Assembly: GCA_963734545.1 (NCBI GenBank) | Contig: CAVTHO010000006.1 | Coordinates: 1-64,000, forward strand | From: an uncultured Spirochaetota bacterium | GTDB lineage: Bacteria > Spirochaetota > Spirochaetia > SZUA-6 > Fen-1364 | DNA length: 64,000 bases | Direction of reading: 5' to 3' | Shown: in pieces, positions 1 through 9,543 of the stretch | Layout of the letters: the number at the start of each line of letters is the position of its first letter | How positions within the stretch are numbered: position 1 is the stretch's first letter | Position numbers and translations under genes: made by a program | The notes under the pieces: generated by a model | What the model was told of the DNA's origin: nothing | Database searches by the model: none | What the model saw: the letters and a program-made list of their open reading frames with translations, nothing else

Positions 1-8
1 GGTGGGGC

Positions 9-124
9 ATGTAACAAATCGTTGCAGTTGTCCCCTTAGAGGCCGCTCGGAACAGTGAATGCGACCCAGCAATGCAATGAAGCCCTTGTCTGATGCGGCG
101 GGGCAACTGAACTCTATGTTATGT
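9..124 (+). repeat. attC-like site 1
   Basis: ATGTAAC-AAATC-GTTGCAGTTGTCCCC...GGGGCAACTGAAC-TCTAT-GTTATGT. Confidence 0.9.
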
Positions 125-445
125 GGCGATTCTGCGGTGGCCATTGCCTGCGGTGGCGCAGGTCGGTTGGTTTGTGACGGGCGGAGAATGGTGCTGCTAT
201 GTCCAAAAGGTTAGATACCGCCCGGCGAACAAACGGGAACCCCAAATCTTCCGTCAACAGATCAATCGCACAACTCTGGAACCTGTCAAACCTGTCATCT
301 GCTTTTGAGCGGTCTGGTCCTATCGTAGAAGGAAGCGAAAGTTCTTTCATGGACGCCTGGACAATCCGGTAGCTTGTGGGTATGCTTTCGTGCATAGAGA
401 CGAACAACCCAAAGTGAACCAATGTAGTCCGCAGGGGGAACAAGA

Positions 446-866
446 ATGATGAAGTTGGACTATTTGGCGGAGGTTAATACAGGCTGGCCTTCGGATTCCA
501 TCATTCGACTCTACGACTTCACATCCGACGACGTCTCTTTATTTATTCAAGTATTGGACAGGCTTTCAAGTGACTCTGATTATTCAATAATCTTGAGCTC
601 CTTACCCTTTATCCAGCCACTAGACTGGTTGCATGCTGGTTCTAAGAAGTGGCAGAAATGACAACGGAATCAAGAAGACCTCCGCAGCGAATACTTTCGA
701 ATGCGAGCTCACTTGCTCCTCTTGGAAGCGCGCCTCAGAACTCGCAAAGCCATTCCTTCATTACGCTCCACATACTTTTCAGTGGCTATACGATCTAAAT
801 ATGGAGAATAATACTGAAATTCTTAATCTCTCAGACGGGAGAATGGTGAATGACGAGGAGATGTGA
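446..866 (+). pseudogene. Hypothetical cassette gene split by a frameshift (ORFs 446-661 and 633-866)
   Basis: Two overlapping same-strand ORFs that read as one protein; purine-rich RBS upstream. Confidence 0.5.
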
Positions 867-869
867 GAT

Positions 870-2217
870 TGAATGAGCCAAGGACATAGGTTACAAAACA
901 TTCTAAAGACATAGGTAACACTTATTCTAAGGACATGGGTAACACTTTCCTGCCAAAGGAGGGTGCCAGCCATGCCGTGGGAGGGTGTTACTGTGAGCGA
1001 GCAGCGTGAGAACTTGATTCGGGACTACGCCGACGGTTACTACAGCAAAACCGAGCTGGCCGAACGTTTCGGAGTTTCGCGTAAGACCGTACATAAGTGG
1101 ATCAACCGCTTCAAGGCCGAAGGGCTGAAGGGGATAGAGGAGCTCAGTCGGCGGCCACGTAGCTGCCCCTGGCAGACTGACAAACGGATTGTTGAGGACC
1201 TGGTTGCGCTGCGCAAAGCATCTCCGTCGAGGGGGCCGAAGAAGCTCCTGGGGAAACTGCGTAAGCTACACCGCTTTGTTGAATTGCCTGCGGAGTCCAC
1301 CGTGGCGCACATTTTGGATCGCCACGGACTGGTGAAAGCCAAACGACGGCACCGCCGCGCGCATCCAGGCTGTCCCAAGCATGCGGCCACGGCTCCCAAC
1401 GACATCTGGGCGGCTGACTATAAAGGGCAGTTCCGACTGAAGAACGGGCAGTATTGCTTCCCGCTGACCGTGAGTGATCTGTATTCGCGCTTTCTGCTGG
1501 GCTGCGAGGCACACCCAGCGATCTCGATGGAGCAGACAATTGCCTTCTTTCTGCGGCTTTTCCGCATCTATGGGCTGCCCAATCGGATCCGCACGGACAA
1601 CGGAGTGCCATTTGCCTCGTGCGCGTTGGGACGGTTGTCGGCGCTGCAGGTGGTGTACATCAAGTACGGGGTCTGCCCGGAACTGATTGAGCCTGGCAAG
1701 CCCCAACAGAATGGGATCCATGAGCGCATGCATCGGACTCTCAAGCAAGAGGCCACTATTCCGCCCGCCAGCAGCCTGAGAGCTCAGCAGCGGAAGTTCG
1801 ATTCGTTTCGGGAGGAGTTCAACACCGATCGTCCCCATGAAGCACTTGGGATGGTTGATCCGGTCAGCGTGTATCAGTCGTCGCCCCGGGAAATGCCCGA
1901 GCACGTTGGCACCTACGACTATCCGGGACACTACCTGGTTCGGCGCGTGAGCCGCTGTGGTACGATCCGCGTCTTCCACAACCAAGTCTTCGTGACACAG
2001 ACGCTGAACGAAGAATACGTGGGCCTGGAGGAAGTAGACGACGGAGTCTATGACTTGTACTTCTGCTTCTACCAGATTGGCCGTTACGAATTGCAGACCA
2101 ACAGGATCGTGGATATTATCTCGAGGGTGCCAACGAGTCAGACCCGTGCGGAGCTGACTCCGAGAGTGTTACCTATGTCTTTAGAATAAAGTGTTACCTA
2201 TGTCCTTGGATTGTACA
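870..2217 (+). mobile_element. IS481-family element type A, copy 1 (1348 bp)
   Basis: Ends TGAATGAGCCAAGGACATAGGTTACA / TGTTACCTATGTCCTTGGATTGTACA; repeated GACATAGGTAACAC motifs at the left end; apparently identical copies at 7039 and 30435. Confidence 0.9.
963..2189 (+). CDS. IS481-family DDE transposase
   Basis: N-terminal HTH; rve core WAADYKG...RTDNG...QNGIHERMHRTLK. Confidence 0.92.
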   Translation: MPAMPWEGVTVSEQRENLIRDYADGYYSKTELAERFGVSRKTVHKWINRFKAEGLKGIEELSRRPRSCPWQTDKRIVEDLVALRKASPSRGPKKLLGKLRKLHRFVELPAESTVAHILDRHGLVKAKRRHRRAHPGCPKHAATAPNDIWAADYKGQFRLKNGQYCFPLTVSDLYSRFLLGCEAHPAISMEQTIAFFLRLFRIYGLPNRIRTDNGVPFASCALGRLSALQVVYIKYGVCPELIEPGKPQQNGIHERMHRTLKQEATIPPASSLRAQQRKFDSFREEFNTDRPHEALGMVDPVSVYQSSPREMPEHVGTYDYPGHYLVRRVSRCGTIRVFHNQVFVTQTLNEEYVGLEEVDDGVYDLYFCFYQIGRYELQTNRIVDIISRVPTSQTRAELTPRVLPMSLE

Positions 2218-2225
2218 GAAGGGAG

Positions 2226-2341
2226 CCATAACAAATCGTTGCAGTTGTCCGCCTGGGTGCGGCCTGCTCAGGAAGAATGCGGTCCGTGGAACGGGCGCAT
2301 AGCGGTCTGATTCGGGGCGGCAACTGAACTCTATGTTATGA
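2226..2341 (+). repeat. attC-like site 2
   Basis: CCATAAC...GTTATGA, TCCGCC/GGCGG arm variant. Confidence 0.9.
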
Positions 2342-2642
2342 TGCGCCAAGTTATGAACTCATTGGTGGATGGCTGGGCTACCTCGGTGCAGAAGGTCAGG
2401 CCTCCCTGCCTGACCTTCTGCACCTTTAGCAATCGTGGTAAGGTGTCACTTTTTGCATGAACTACTTCCACTATCGGGGCCGGAAAAGCTTGACAAGCGC
2501 CTTGCGGCGGACATCGAGTCGGGCCACTCACAAAGGCGCCGCATCATCTGCTAGTGCAAAAGGTTTGTGATTTGTGAAAAGCACGCCCTCTTTTCGGAGA
2601 AGATATAGATAGCGACCTACGAATGCTCCGGAAACCGGGCTT

Positions 2643-3065
2643 CTACGATGATTTACTTCGTAAAGCCATAAGGGCCTCTCTGCAATCTTCTTGCTTGATG
2701 TAGAGAATGACCCCGTAGCCTCCATTTATGTGAGCGATCCCACTAGATTCATCAACATTAATGTTGGCTTGAGATAATTTTTCGTATATTGCGGCTAAAG
2801 CTCCTATTTCTTCATCACCTTTGACCAATATTGCAGAATATGGTCCATCTACTTTGAATCCGCGTTTGTCTGCTACCTCGGCCATTTTTTGCGCATTATC
2901 AGAAAAAAGTGTGATTAATGCTTGTTTCCCTTCTATAGTAATGGCTTTATACGCAAGAAAGTCTATTCCACTACTTGCAAGTGTAGAGAGTAGTTTAGAA
3001 GCATCACTAACTCGATATTCAACCACGATGTTGGCGTATTCAATTTGTCTGACATTGAAAATCAT
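2643..3065 (-). CDS. ACT-domain-like protein (antisense cassette gene)
   Basis: 140 aa; GALAAIYEKLSQANINV motif typical of tandem ACT proteins; AAGGAG RBS. Confidence 0.7.
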   Translation of the reverse strand: MIFNVRQIEYANIVVEYRVSDASKLLSTLASSGIDFLAYKAITIEGKQALITLFSDNAQKMAEVADKRGFKVDGPYSAILVKGDEEIGALAAIYEKLSQANINVDESSGIAHINGGYGVILYIKQEDCREALMALRSKSS

Positions 3066-3226
3066 ATAATCTCCTTAACTATGAATCAACACACATTGCA
3101 TGATTAGACACAAACAGCGATTTAGCAGGCCCACCTCCAAGAGTTGGCAGCAAGAAGTTAGTGTAAGTTCCCACGCCCTCGCCATCCGTGGCTCGGGCGC
3201 AGTTTTCGGGTAGAGGGGTTGGCGCA

Positions 3227-3343
3227 TCATAACCTGTCGTTGCAGTTGTCCCCTAAGATGCTGCCTGGAACAGTGAATGCAGCCTCGCAATTCCACGTTA
3301 GCGCTGTGTTGATACGGCGGGGCAACTGAACTCTATGTTAGGA
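3227..3343 (+). repeat. attC-like site 3
   Basis: TCATAAC...GTTAGGA. Confidence 0.9.
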
Positions 3344-3424
3344 CGCAAGAGGGTCCGCTTCGCACGCATTGGAGACCGCTCTTACGCATGAGTACTCTCG
3401 TTCGGCCAGCTACGAGGCGATGCC

Positions 3425-3453
3425 TTGACAGGTAACCCTATTTAGTTTACATT
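3425..3453 (+). promoter_or_regulatory. Sigma70-type promoter of TA cassette
   Basis: TTGACA-17 bp-TACATT, 5 nt before the ATG at 3459. Confidence 0.55.
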
Positions 3454-3458
3454 GAGTC

Positions 3459-3722
3459 ATGTACGAGGTTCTGGTGCCGAGGAAGGTGCTGAAGCGCATC
3501 GAAAGGATGCCAGAATCGATACAGGACCGAATGGCCGACCTTCTACGCGACCTGAAAGAGGCCGGCCCACTTCAACCCGGTTGGCCAAATTATGGAACGC
3601 TTGGCCCGGGCCGGTATCACTGCCATCTATCCTACAAATGGGTGGCCTGCTGGTATCACGAAAAGGGTACCATCCGAATCGAGGTGTACTATGCTGGCAG
3701 TCGTGAAGACGCCCCATATTAG
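3459..3722 (+). CDS. RelE/HigB-like toxin
   Basis: 87 aa; YHCHL...WVACW...IEVYYAGSRE; upstream of an HTH gene. Confidence 0.7.
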   Translation: MYEVLVPRKVLKRIERMPESIQDRMADLLRDLKEAGPLQPGWPNYGTLGPGRYHCHLSYKWVACWYHEKGTIRIEVYYAGSREDAPY

Positions 3723-4132
3723 GATCCGCATCGAAGGTAAGATTCCGTCCCGGCTCATCACGGTACTCAAGAAGGAGTACGGCAAAGGGGTACGGCTGGT
3801 AGACGACACCGAGACGAATGACGAGCTGGTTGACGTGTTCCAGACCGACTGGTACAAGCGGACCAAGGGAAGGCTTACTCCTGGCAAGAACCTGAGGATT
3901 TACCGGCAAAACTCGAAGATGACTCAGGCGCAACTGGGCAAGCTCATTGGCTCTACCGAAGCAGTATGTTTCGAACATGGAAAATGATATTCGATCCATA
4001 AGCAAGAACATGGCAATCAAGCTCGCTGCAATCTTCAAGACGTCGGTCGGCAAGATTCATAGGATAGGTAGTCCCAAGGGCAGCGATTTCGGCGCCTTGC
4101 GTCCTAACAAATCGTTGGAGCAGTCGCCTTAA
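3691..4132 (+). pseudogene. XRE HTH antitoxin (HigA-like), frameshifted near 3950
   Basis: PGKNLRIYRQNSKMTQAQLGKLIG continues in another frame as LPKQYVSNMENDIRSISKNMAIKLA. Confidence 0.7.
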
Positions 4133-4218
4133 GGGCTGTTCTGAACCTTGAGTGCAGCCCCGTAAGGAACCTCGGCCCGAGGGCGTGGTCGGCGGCGCTG
4201 CTCAACTCTATGTTATCC
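4102..4218 (+). repeat. attC-like site 4
   Basis: GTTGGAGCAGTCGCC / GGCGCTGCTCAAC covarying arms. Confidence 0.88.
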
Positions 4219-4311
4219 CGCTCCAAGAGAGCCTTTTGCAGCGCACCGTGAACTTCTCATAAAAGGGTAGGCCAGCTGCCCTCAAAGCCAATTAATGATG
4301 CGGAGCGTGCC

Positions 4312-4638
4312 TTACTCCAGCTCAAGAGCGATAGAAAGGGCCTTATCTAATTCCGAAACCTTGGCCGATCCGAGTCGACCTACAAAATCGCTAAGGGCGG
4401 ACTTAGGTATGCTGACCAATTCATCACAGTGGATGGAACTTGCATGTTTGAGACCAACTTCAACTCCGACTGCCACTTGTGTGGACAAGCCATCATAGGC
4501 TGTGTAGATGGGAGCGCACGTGACAGAAGAAAACTGGGAATCAATCAAAACTTGACGACTGACAATTACGAACACACGAGATCTGCGGGGATCATTACGA
4601 TTCCCCTTGTAAACGCGAAAGAGCTCTGCTCTTTTCAA
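4312..4638 (-). CDS. mazF: PemK/MazF-family toxin
   Basis: [14 protein letters not shown]...VTCAPI...[18 protein letters not shown]. Confidence 0.85.
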   Translation of the reverse strand: MKRAELFRVYKGNRNDPRRSRVFVIVSRQVLIDSQFSSVTCAPIYTAYDGLSTQVAVGVEVGLKHASSIHCDELVSIPKSALSDFVGRLGSAKVSELDKALSIALELE

Positions 4639-4871
4639 CCTCGAAGCTCCACCTGGTACCCAAGGACGTCTTCTGCTTCCTTATTAAGCTTTTCTGATAG
4701 CCTGTTGATTGTCCTAAGGTCGGAAGAATCTCTTTTTTTCCGCTTCAGGATTTCAAGATATGTCCTCACGGCCAACTCTATGAATGCAGATCGGTTGGAC
4801 TCTCCTTCAGCATGTTGATCAATCAGAGCAACAATGTCTCTGGAAAGCGTAACTGATGTCTTTACCTTCAT
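4635..4871 (-). CDS. RHH antitoxin paired with MazF
   Basis: [10 protein letters not shown]...[11 protein letters not shown]; overlaps the toxin start. Confidence 0.8.
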   Translation of the reverse strand: MKVKTSVTLSRDIVALIDQHAEGESNRSAFIELAVRTYLEILKRKKRDSSDLRTINRLSEKLNKEAEDVLGYQVELRG

Positions 4872-4960
4872 ACCACAAGGGTACCACCAATGTCTTCCAA
4901 AGTCAATAATTGAAATGGTTTTGAGAAACGAATAGCGTATTGTGCAGAACAAAGAGAGCG

Positions 4961-5077
4961 GGATAACAAATCGTTGCAGTTGTCCCCTAAGAGGCCGTCT
5001 GGAACGGCGAATGCAGCCTGGCAATTCCACGTAAGTGCTGTGTTGATGCGGCGGGGCAACTGAACTCTATGTTAGGT
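4961..5077 (+). repeat. attC-like site 5
   Basis: GGATAAC...GTTAGGT. Confidence 0.9.
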
Positions 5078-5147
5078 AGGCGAAACGCATGATGGGCTGC
5101 GGCGCACCGTTGGATTCTGCCTGCGAAACTGGGAAGAGTGACTCCAC

Positions 5148-5955
5148 ATGAAACAATCAGAGGTCGCCAAACTACGCAAAACTGATATTGATCGTCTCCG
5201 CGAAAAAGCCGCCGCGTACGTAGATGGCATCGCCAAGGAAGCACTTTCAGCGGTGTTGCTGTCGGGAAGCGTAGCGCGAGGTGACTTCTTTCCAGGCAGA
5301 CTAGGTGGAATGATCGACCTTACGGTATTCAAGAAGCCAAACAGCTTCATAACTGCAGAGGAGCTATTTGGAAAGAACGAAGATCCAGAAATCCCATATC
5401 ACTGCGTGAATCGGGAAGGTGACTGGTACCAGATATGGTTCAGCGAGATACCTAACGCTGAAAGCTATAGACTACTGCCGGAGGCTAGGAAATACGCTTT
5501 GGCTGAGTCCAGTGTGCTGTGGCAAGCCGACGGAGCATACTCAGACGTAGATAGCGAGTTCAGGAGGATTGCATCGGAGGAAACGGCAGACCGGCTTCAA
5601 GGCACGACTTGGCGGAATAGGGTACCTCCTCTCGGACTACAAGGTGGACCGATGGCAAAGGCGGAAGGAACGCGGACAATTGCATTTCAACCTTAATGCA
5701 GCGATTGATCTCGCGATTGGCTGTCTTTGCAACATGAATGGGAAGTACGTTCCAGCATCCGATCGAGCTGTGTATTACAGCTATGAACTTGAAAAGAAAC
5801 CGTTGCGCTACGAGAACCTACTTAAAAGATTGATGAATATCAGGCTTGATTCCATCCGGAACTACAGGAATAGAGACGGACTATTCAGATCCGAGTTCCT
5901 AAGGTTCCTAGAGGAACGGCGCCTACCTAACAAATCGTTGCACTTGTCCGCCTGA
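5148..5955 (+). pseudogene. Nucleotidyltransferase-fold protein, frameshifted near 5590
   Basis: LSGSVARGD...IDLTV motif; ORFs 5148-5696 and 5569-5955 overlap; the second reads into site 6. Confidence 0.65.
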
Positions 5956-6038
5956 GCACCGGTTGGAACCGCTGGCATGGTCCGCAGAACCGAGAGTGCG
6001 TAGCGTGGTCGGGGCGGCAAGTGAACTCTATGTTAGAC
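5925..6038 (+). repeat. attC-like site 6
   Basis: GTTGCACTTG / CAAGTGAAC compensatory pair. Confidence 0.9.
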
Positions 6039-6057
6039 GCCCCTTTAAGAGGCAGGT

Positions 6058-7041
6058 ATGGAACCGTCGAGTGCAGATGAACTCGCAAGACTGTTGTTTG
6101 AGGCAACAGAAGGTCAAGGGCCAAGGGCCGATTCAAAGGAAGTGATAGCCCGATTTAAGCGGCTAGAGATGGGCCTTCCTGCTGAGGATGAATTTGCCCT
6201 CATGCTTGCGTGGCTGGGCAAATGTAGGCTTGTGCACAGACTAGACCAACAGCAATCACCTCCAGAATCACGGTCGAACTACCAGGTACCAGACCTGCTG
6301 GCGATCTTTGACTTTGAAGGCAAGGAATTGCCTGTATTGATAGAAGTGAAGACGTCGAAAAAGAAGCGCCTGTCTTGGAAAGTTCAGTATTGGGACAAAC
6401 TGAAGCGGTACGCCGGGGCAGTCCAACTCCCAATTCTAGTCGCCTGCAAATGGACCGAGGCCGGCCTTTGGTCACTAGTTGATTTGGATTGCTTCGATGC
6501 ATCAGAAGCAACGAAGAAGCTTCAATTTGCAGATGCCGTGCAAAATGATTTGTTGGGCATCCTTGCTGGCAATTTCTATTATACATTTCAGCCGAGAGTA
6601 GGACTTCACCTAAAGTTCGAAAAAATCTCCGAAGCGCCTTCGGAAGAACCGGATACCCGCACTTATAGAATGATTGTCAGAGAGGCCTACTTCTACAACT
6701 CGAAAGGGGAGGTGCGAGCGAAATTGGCAAACTGGCTCTTCCCGATGTTTCTAGACTATGATCACGAAACCAGAACTGTAGACGGCGATAAATTCCTTGA
6801 CCAGGACTACTTCATTCCTGATCCCGCGGCAATGCAAATAGCATACAAGCTGTTGCCTCAAGTGGTGAGGGGATTGGCGCAAGGACAGAAGCCACATTGG
6901 CGGAAGCTACTGCGCGATTGCGATTTTGCTATTTCATGTCCGGAGCTGCAACGTAGCGCCTCGAAGGAATTTGAGACAGGTATGCTTCAATACATAATGG
7001 AATACCGTCCAAAGCAATTGCCGTCCTTCCTAACGGGCTGA
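6058..7041 (+). CDS. PD-(D/E)XK nuclease-domain protein
   Basis: VPDLLA...LIEVKT motif; stop codon supplied by the IS481 terminal TGA. Confidence 0.7.
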   Translation: MEPSSADELARLLFEATEGQGPRADSKEVIARFKRLEMGLPAEDEFALMLAWLGKCRLVHRLDQQQSPPESRSNYQVPDLLAIFDFEGKELPVLIEVKTSKKKRLSWKVQYWDKLKRYAGAVQLPILVACKWTEAGLWSLVDLDCFDASEATKKLQFADAVQNDLLGILAGNFYYTFQPRVGLHLKFEKISEAPSEEPDTRTYRMIVREAYFYNSKGEVRAKLANWLFPMFLDYDHETRTVDGDKFLDQDYFIPDPAAMQIAYKLLPQVVRGLAQGQKPHWRKLLRDCDFAISCPELQRSASKEFETGMLQYIMEYRPKQLPSFLTG

Positions 7042-8386
7042 ATGAGCCAAGGACATAGGTTACAAAACATTCTAAAGACATAGGTAACACTTATTCTAAG
7101 GACATGGGTAACACTTTCCTGCCAAAGGAGGGTGCCAGCCATGCCGTGGGAGGGTGTTACTGTGAGCGAGCAGCGTGAGAACTTGATTCGGGACTACGCC
7201 GACGGTTACTACAGCAAAACCGAGCTGGCCGAACGTTTCGGAGTTTCGCGTAAGACCGTACATAAGTGGATCAACCGCTTCAAGGCCGAAGGGCTGAAGG
7301 GGATAGAGGAGCTCAGTCGGCGGCCACGTAGCTGCCCCTGGCAGACTGACAAACGGATTGTTGAGGACCTGGTTGCGCTGCGCAAAGCATCTCCGTCGAG
7401 GGGGCCGAAGAAGCTCCTGGGGAAACTGCGTAAGCTACACCGCTTTGTTGAATTGCCTGCGGAGTCCACCGTGGCGCACATTTTGGATCGCCACGGACTG
7501 GTGAAAGCCAAACGACGGCACCGCCGCGCGCATCCAGGCTGTCCCAAGCATGCGGCCACGGCTCCCAACGACATCTGGGCGGCTGACTATAAAGGGCAGT
7601 TCCGACTGAAGAACGGGCAGTATTGCTTCCCGCTGACCGTGAGTGATCTGTATTCGCGCTTTCTGCTGGGCTGCGAGGCACACCCAGCGATCTCGATGGA
7701 GCAGACAATTGCCTTCTTTCTGCGGCTTTTCCGCATCTATGGGCTGCCCAATCGGATCCGCACGGACAACGGAGTGCCATTTGCCTCGTGCGCGTTGGGA
7801 CGGTTGTCGGCGCTGCAGGTGGTGTACATCAAGTACGGGGTCTGCCCGGAACTGATTGAGCCTGGCAAGCCCCAACAGAATGGGATCCATGAGCGCATGC
7901 ATCGGACTCTCAAGCAAGAGGCCACTATTCCGCCCGCCAGCAGCCTGAGAGCTCAGCAGCGGAAGTTCGATTCGTTTCGGGAGGAGTTCAACACCGATCG
8001 TCCCCATGAAGCACTTGGGATGGTTGATCCGGTCAGCGTGTATCAGTCGTCGCCCCGGGAAATGCCCGAGCACGTTGGCACCTACGACTATCCGGGACAC
8101 TACCTGGTTCGGCGCGTGAGCCGCTGTGGTACGATCCGCGTCTTCCACAACCAAGTCTTCGTGACACAGACGCTGAACGAAGAATACGTGGGCCTGGAGG
8201 AAGTAGACGACGGAGTCTATGACTTGTACTTCTGCTTCTACCAGATTGGCCGTTACGAATTGCAGACCAACAGGATCGTGGATATTATCTCGAGGGTGCC
8301 AACGAGTCAGACCCGTGCGGAGCTGACTCCGAGAGTGTTACCTATGTCTTTAGAATAAAGTGTTACCTATGTCCTTGGATTGTACA
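7039..8386 (+). mobile_element. IS481-family element type A, copy 2
   Basis: Same ends and transposase as copy 1. Confidence 0.9.
7132..8358 (+). CDS. IS481-family transposase
   Basis: Identical translation to 963-2189. Confidence 0.92.
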   Translation: MPAMPWEGVTVSEQRENLIRDYADGYYSKTELAERFGVSRKTVHKWINRFKAEGLKGIEELSRRPRSCPWQTDKRIVEDLVALRKASPSRGPKKLLGKLRKLHRFVELPAESTVAHILDRHGLVKAKRRHRRAHPGCPKHAATAPNDIWAADYKGQFRLKNGQYCFPLTVSDLYSRFLLGCEAHPAISMEQTIAFFLRLFRIYGLPNRIRTDNGVPFASCALGRLSALQVVYIKYGVCPELIEPGKPQQNGIHERMHRTLKQEATIPPASSLRAQQRKFDSFREEFNTDRPHEALGMVDPVSVYQSSPREMPEHVGTYDYPGHYLVRRVSRCGTIRVFHNQVFVTQTLNEEYVGLEEVDDGVYDLYFCFYQIGRYELQTNRIVDIISRVPTSQTRAELTPRVLPMSLE

Positions 8387-8394
8387 GCCGGGCG

Positions 8395-8510
8395 TTATAA
8401 CAAATCGTTGCAGTTGTCCCCTTAGGTGCTGACTGGAACGGTGTATGCAACTTGGCAATTCCATGGAGTTTTGGCCTGATGCGGCGGGGCAACTGAACTC
8501 TATGTTAGGT
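8395..8510 (+). repeat. attC-like site 7
   Basis: TTATAAC...GTTAGGT. Confidence 0.9.
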
Positions 8511-8597
8511 CCCCCAATATACGCAGAAAACTGGTTGCTTATCCAGGATTCGTATTATGGTTGCCTGGACTGAAAGACGCTGAGTATTGTCCTATCA

Positions 8598-9392
8598 ATG
8601 AGATTTCCTACTCAAACCCATGAAAGGGTAGCTGAGCTATTCGCTGGATTTTGCAGAAACAGAAAAGTGGTCGACACCGTTCTGGTGGTCAATTCATGTG
8701 CTAGGGGCGTTGCTACTCCCCAAAGTGATCTCGATATGGCTGCGCTTGTGAAAGTGAGCACATCTGATTCGGAACTATTGGAATTGGAAGCGTCCTGGGC
8801 CAGATTTGCTTCGAGAAGCGCGCTTGTCGCACAGTTTATGGACATGGGACCATACTGCAAATTGCATGTAGACTTCTTCAATGGAGCATTTGTTCCCGCG
8901 GTCTGGGATGAAGGTGGCGGTCCGGATTCATTCGAAATAGAAATAGGAAACAGAATCGCACATTCAGCTGCTTTACAGCAACCCGGACCTTATTTCGAGG
9001 AGCTAAGGCGGCAATGGCTTCCGTATTATGGCAGCGAACTGCGGGCTAGTAGAATCGATATGGTTCGTCAGGCGTGCAACTATCACCTGGAGTACATTAA
9101 GCTTTTGCACCTTAGGAGCTTACACTTCCATGCGTTTGATCAGCTGTATAAAGCCTACCAAGAGTTTCTGCAAGGGGTATTTATCTCAAGACAAACATAC
9201 CCGATCGCTTACAACAAATGGATTTACGAACAAGTTGTTGAATGGCTGGAGCTGCCTGATTTGTATGACGAACTGCTAAGAATCCCGACAGTAGCCGATT
9301 TGGAAGGGGATGACGTCTTGTTGAAGGCCAGGGCGCTTCGTGACCTGCTTGAGTATTGGGTAAAACCTATCAGATCAGAAACTGATGAGTAG
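8598..9392 (+). CDS. Nucleotidyltransferase-domain protein
   Basis: VNSCARGVATPQSDLD motif; C-terminal YPIAYNKWI helical domain. Confidence 0.75.
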   Translation: MRFPTQTHERVAELFAGFCRNRKVVDTVLVVNSCARGVATPQSDLDMAALVKVSTSDSELLELEASWARFASRSALVAQFMDMGPYCKLHVDFFNGAFVPAVWDEGGGPDSFEIEIGNRIAHSAALQQPGPYFEELRRQWLPYYGSELRASRIDMVRQACNYHLEYIKLLHLRSLHFHAFDQLYKAYQEFLQGVFISRQTYPIAYNKWIYEQVVEWLELPDLYDELLRIPTVADLEGDDVLLKARALRDLLEYWVKPIRSETDE

Positions 9393-9428
9393 GTTTCAGG
9401 ACAATGAGCGCAAAACAGCAGCAGGGGG

Positions 9429-9543
9429 ACCTAACAAATCGTTGCAGTAGTCGCCTTAAAGGCCGTCTAAATCGGACGGTGCAGTTCCGAATTCCATGCA
9501 GTGCTGGGTTGATGCGGCGGCGCTACTGAACTCTATGTTACAT
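9429..9543 (+). repeat. attC-like site 8
   Basis: GTAGTCGCC / GGCGCTAC arm variant. Confidence 0.9.

Noticed and set aside
880-945. Tandem GACATAGGTAACAC repeats as iterons or a mini-CRISPR
   Set aside because: They are subterminal repeats of the IS481 ends and occur in every copy
1040-1985. Antisense and alternate-frame ORFs inside IS481 and IS30 copies
   Set aside because: They are shadows of the transposase genes and repeat only because the IS is repeated
4868-5244. Recurring minus-strand ORFs such as MPRRINT..., NIEFSCPAAST, LGDNCNDLL
   Set aside because: They are translations of the attC-like repeat itself, with variable frames and no consistent start or stop
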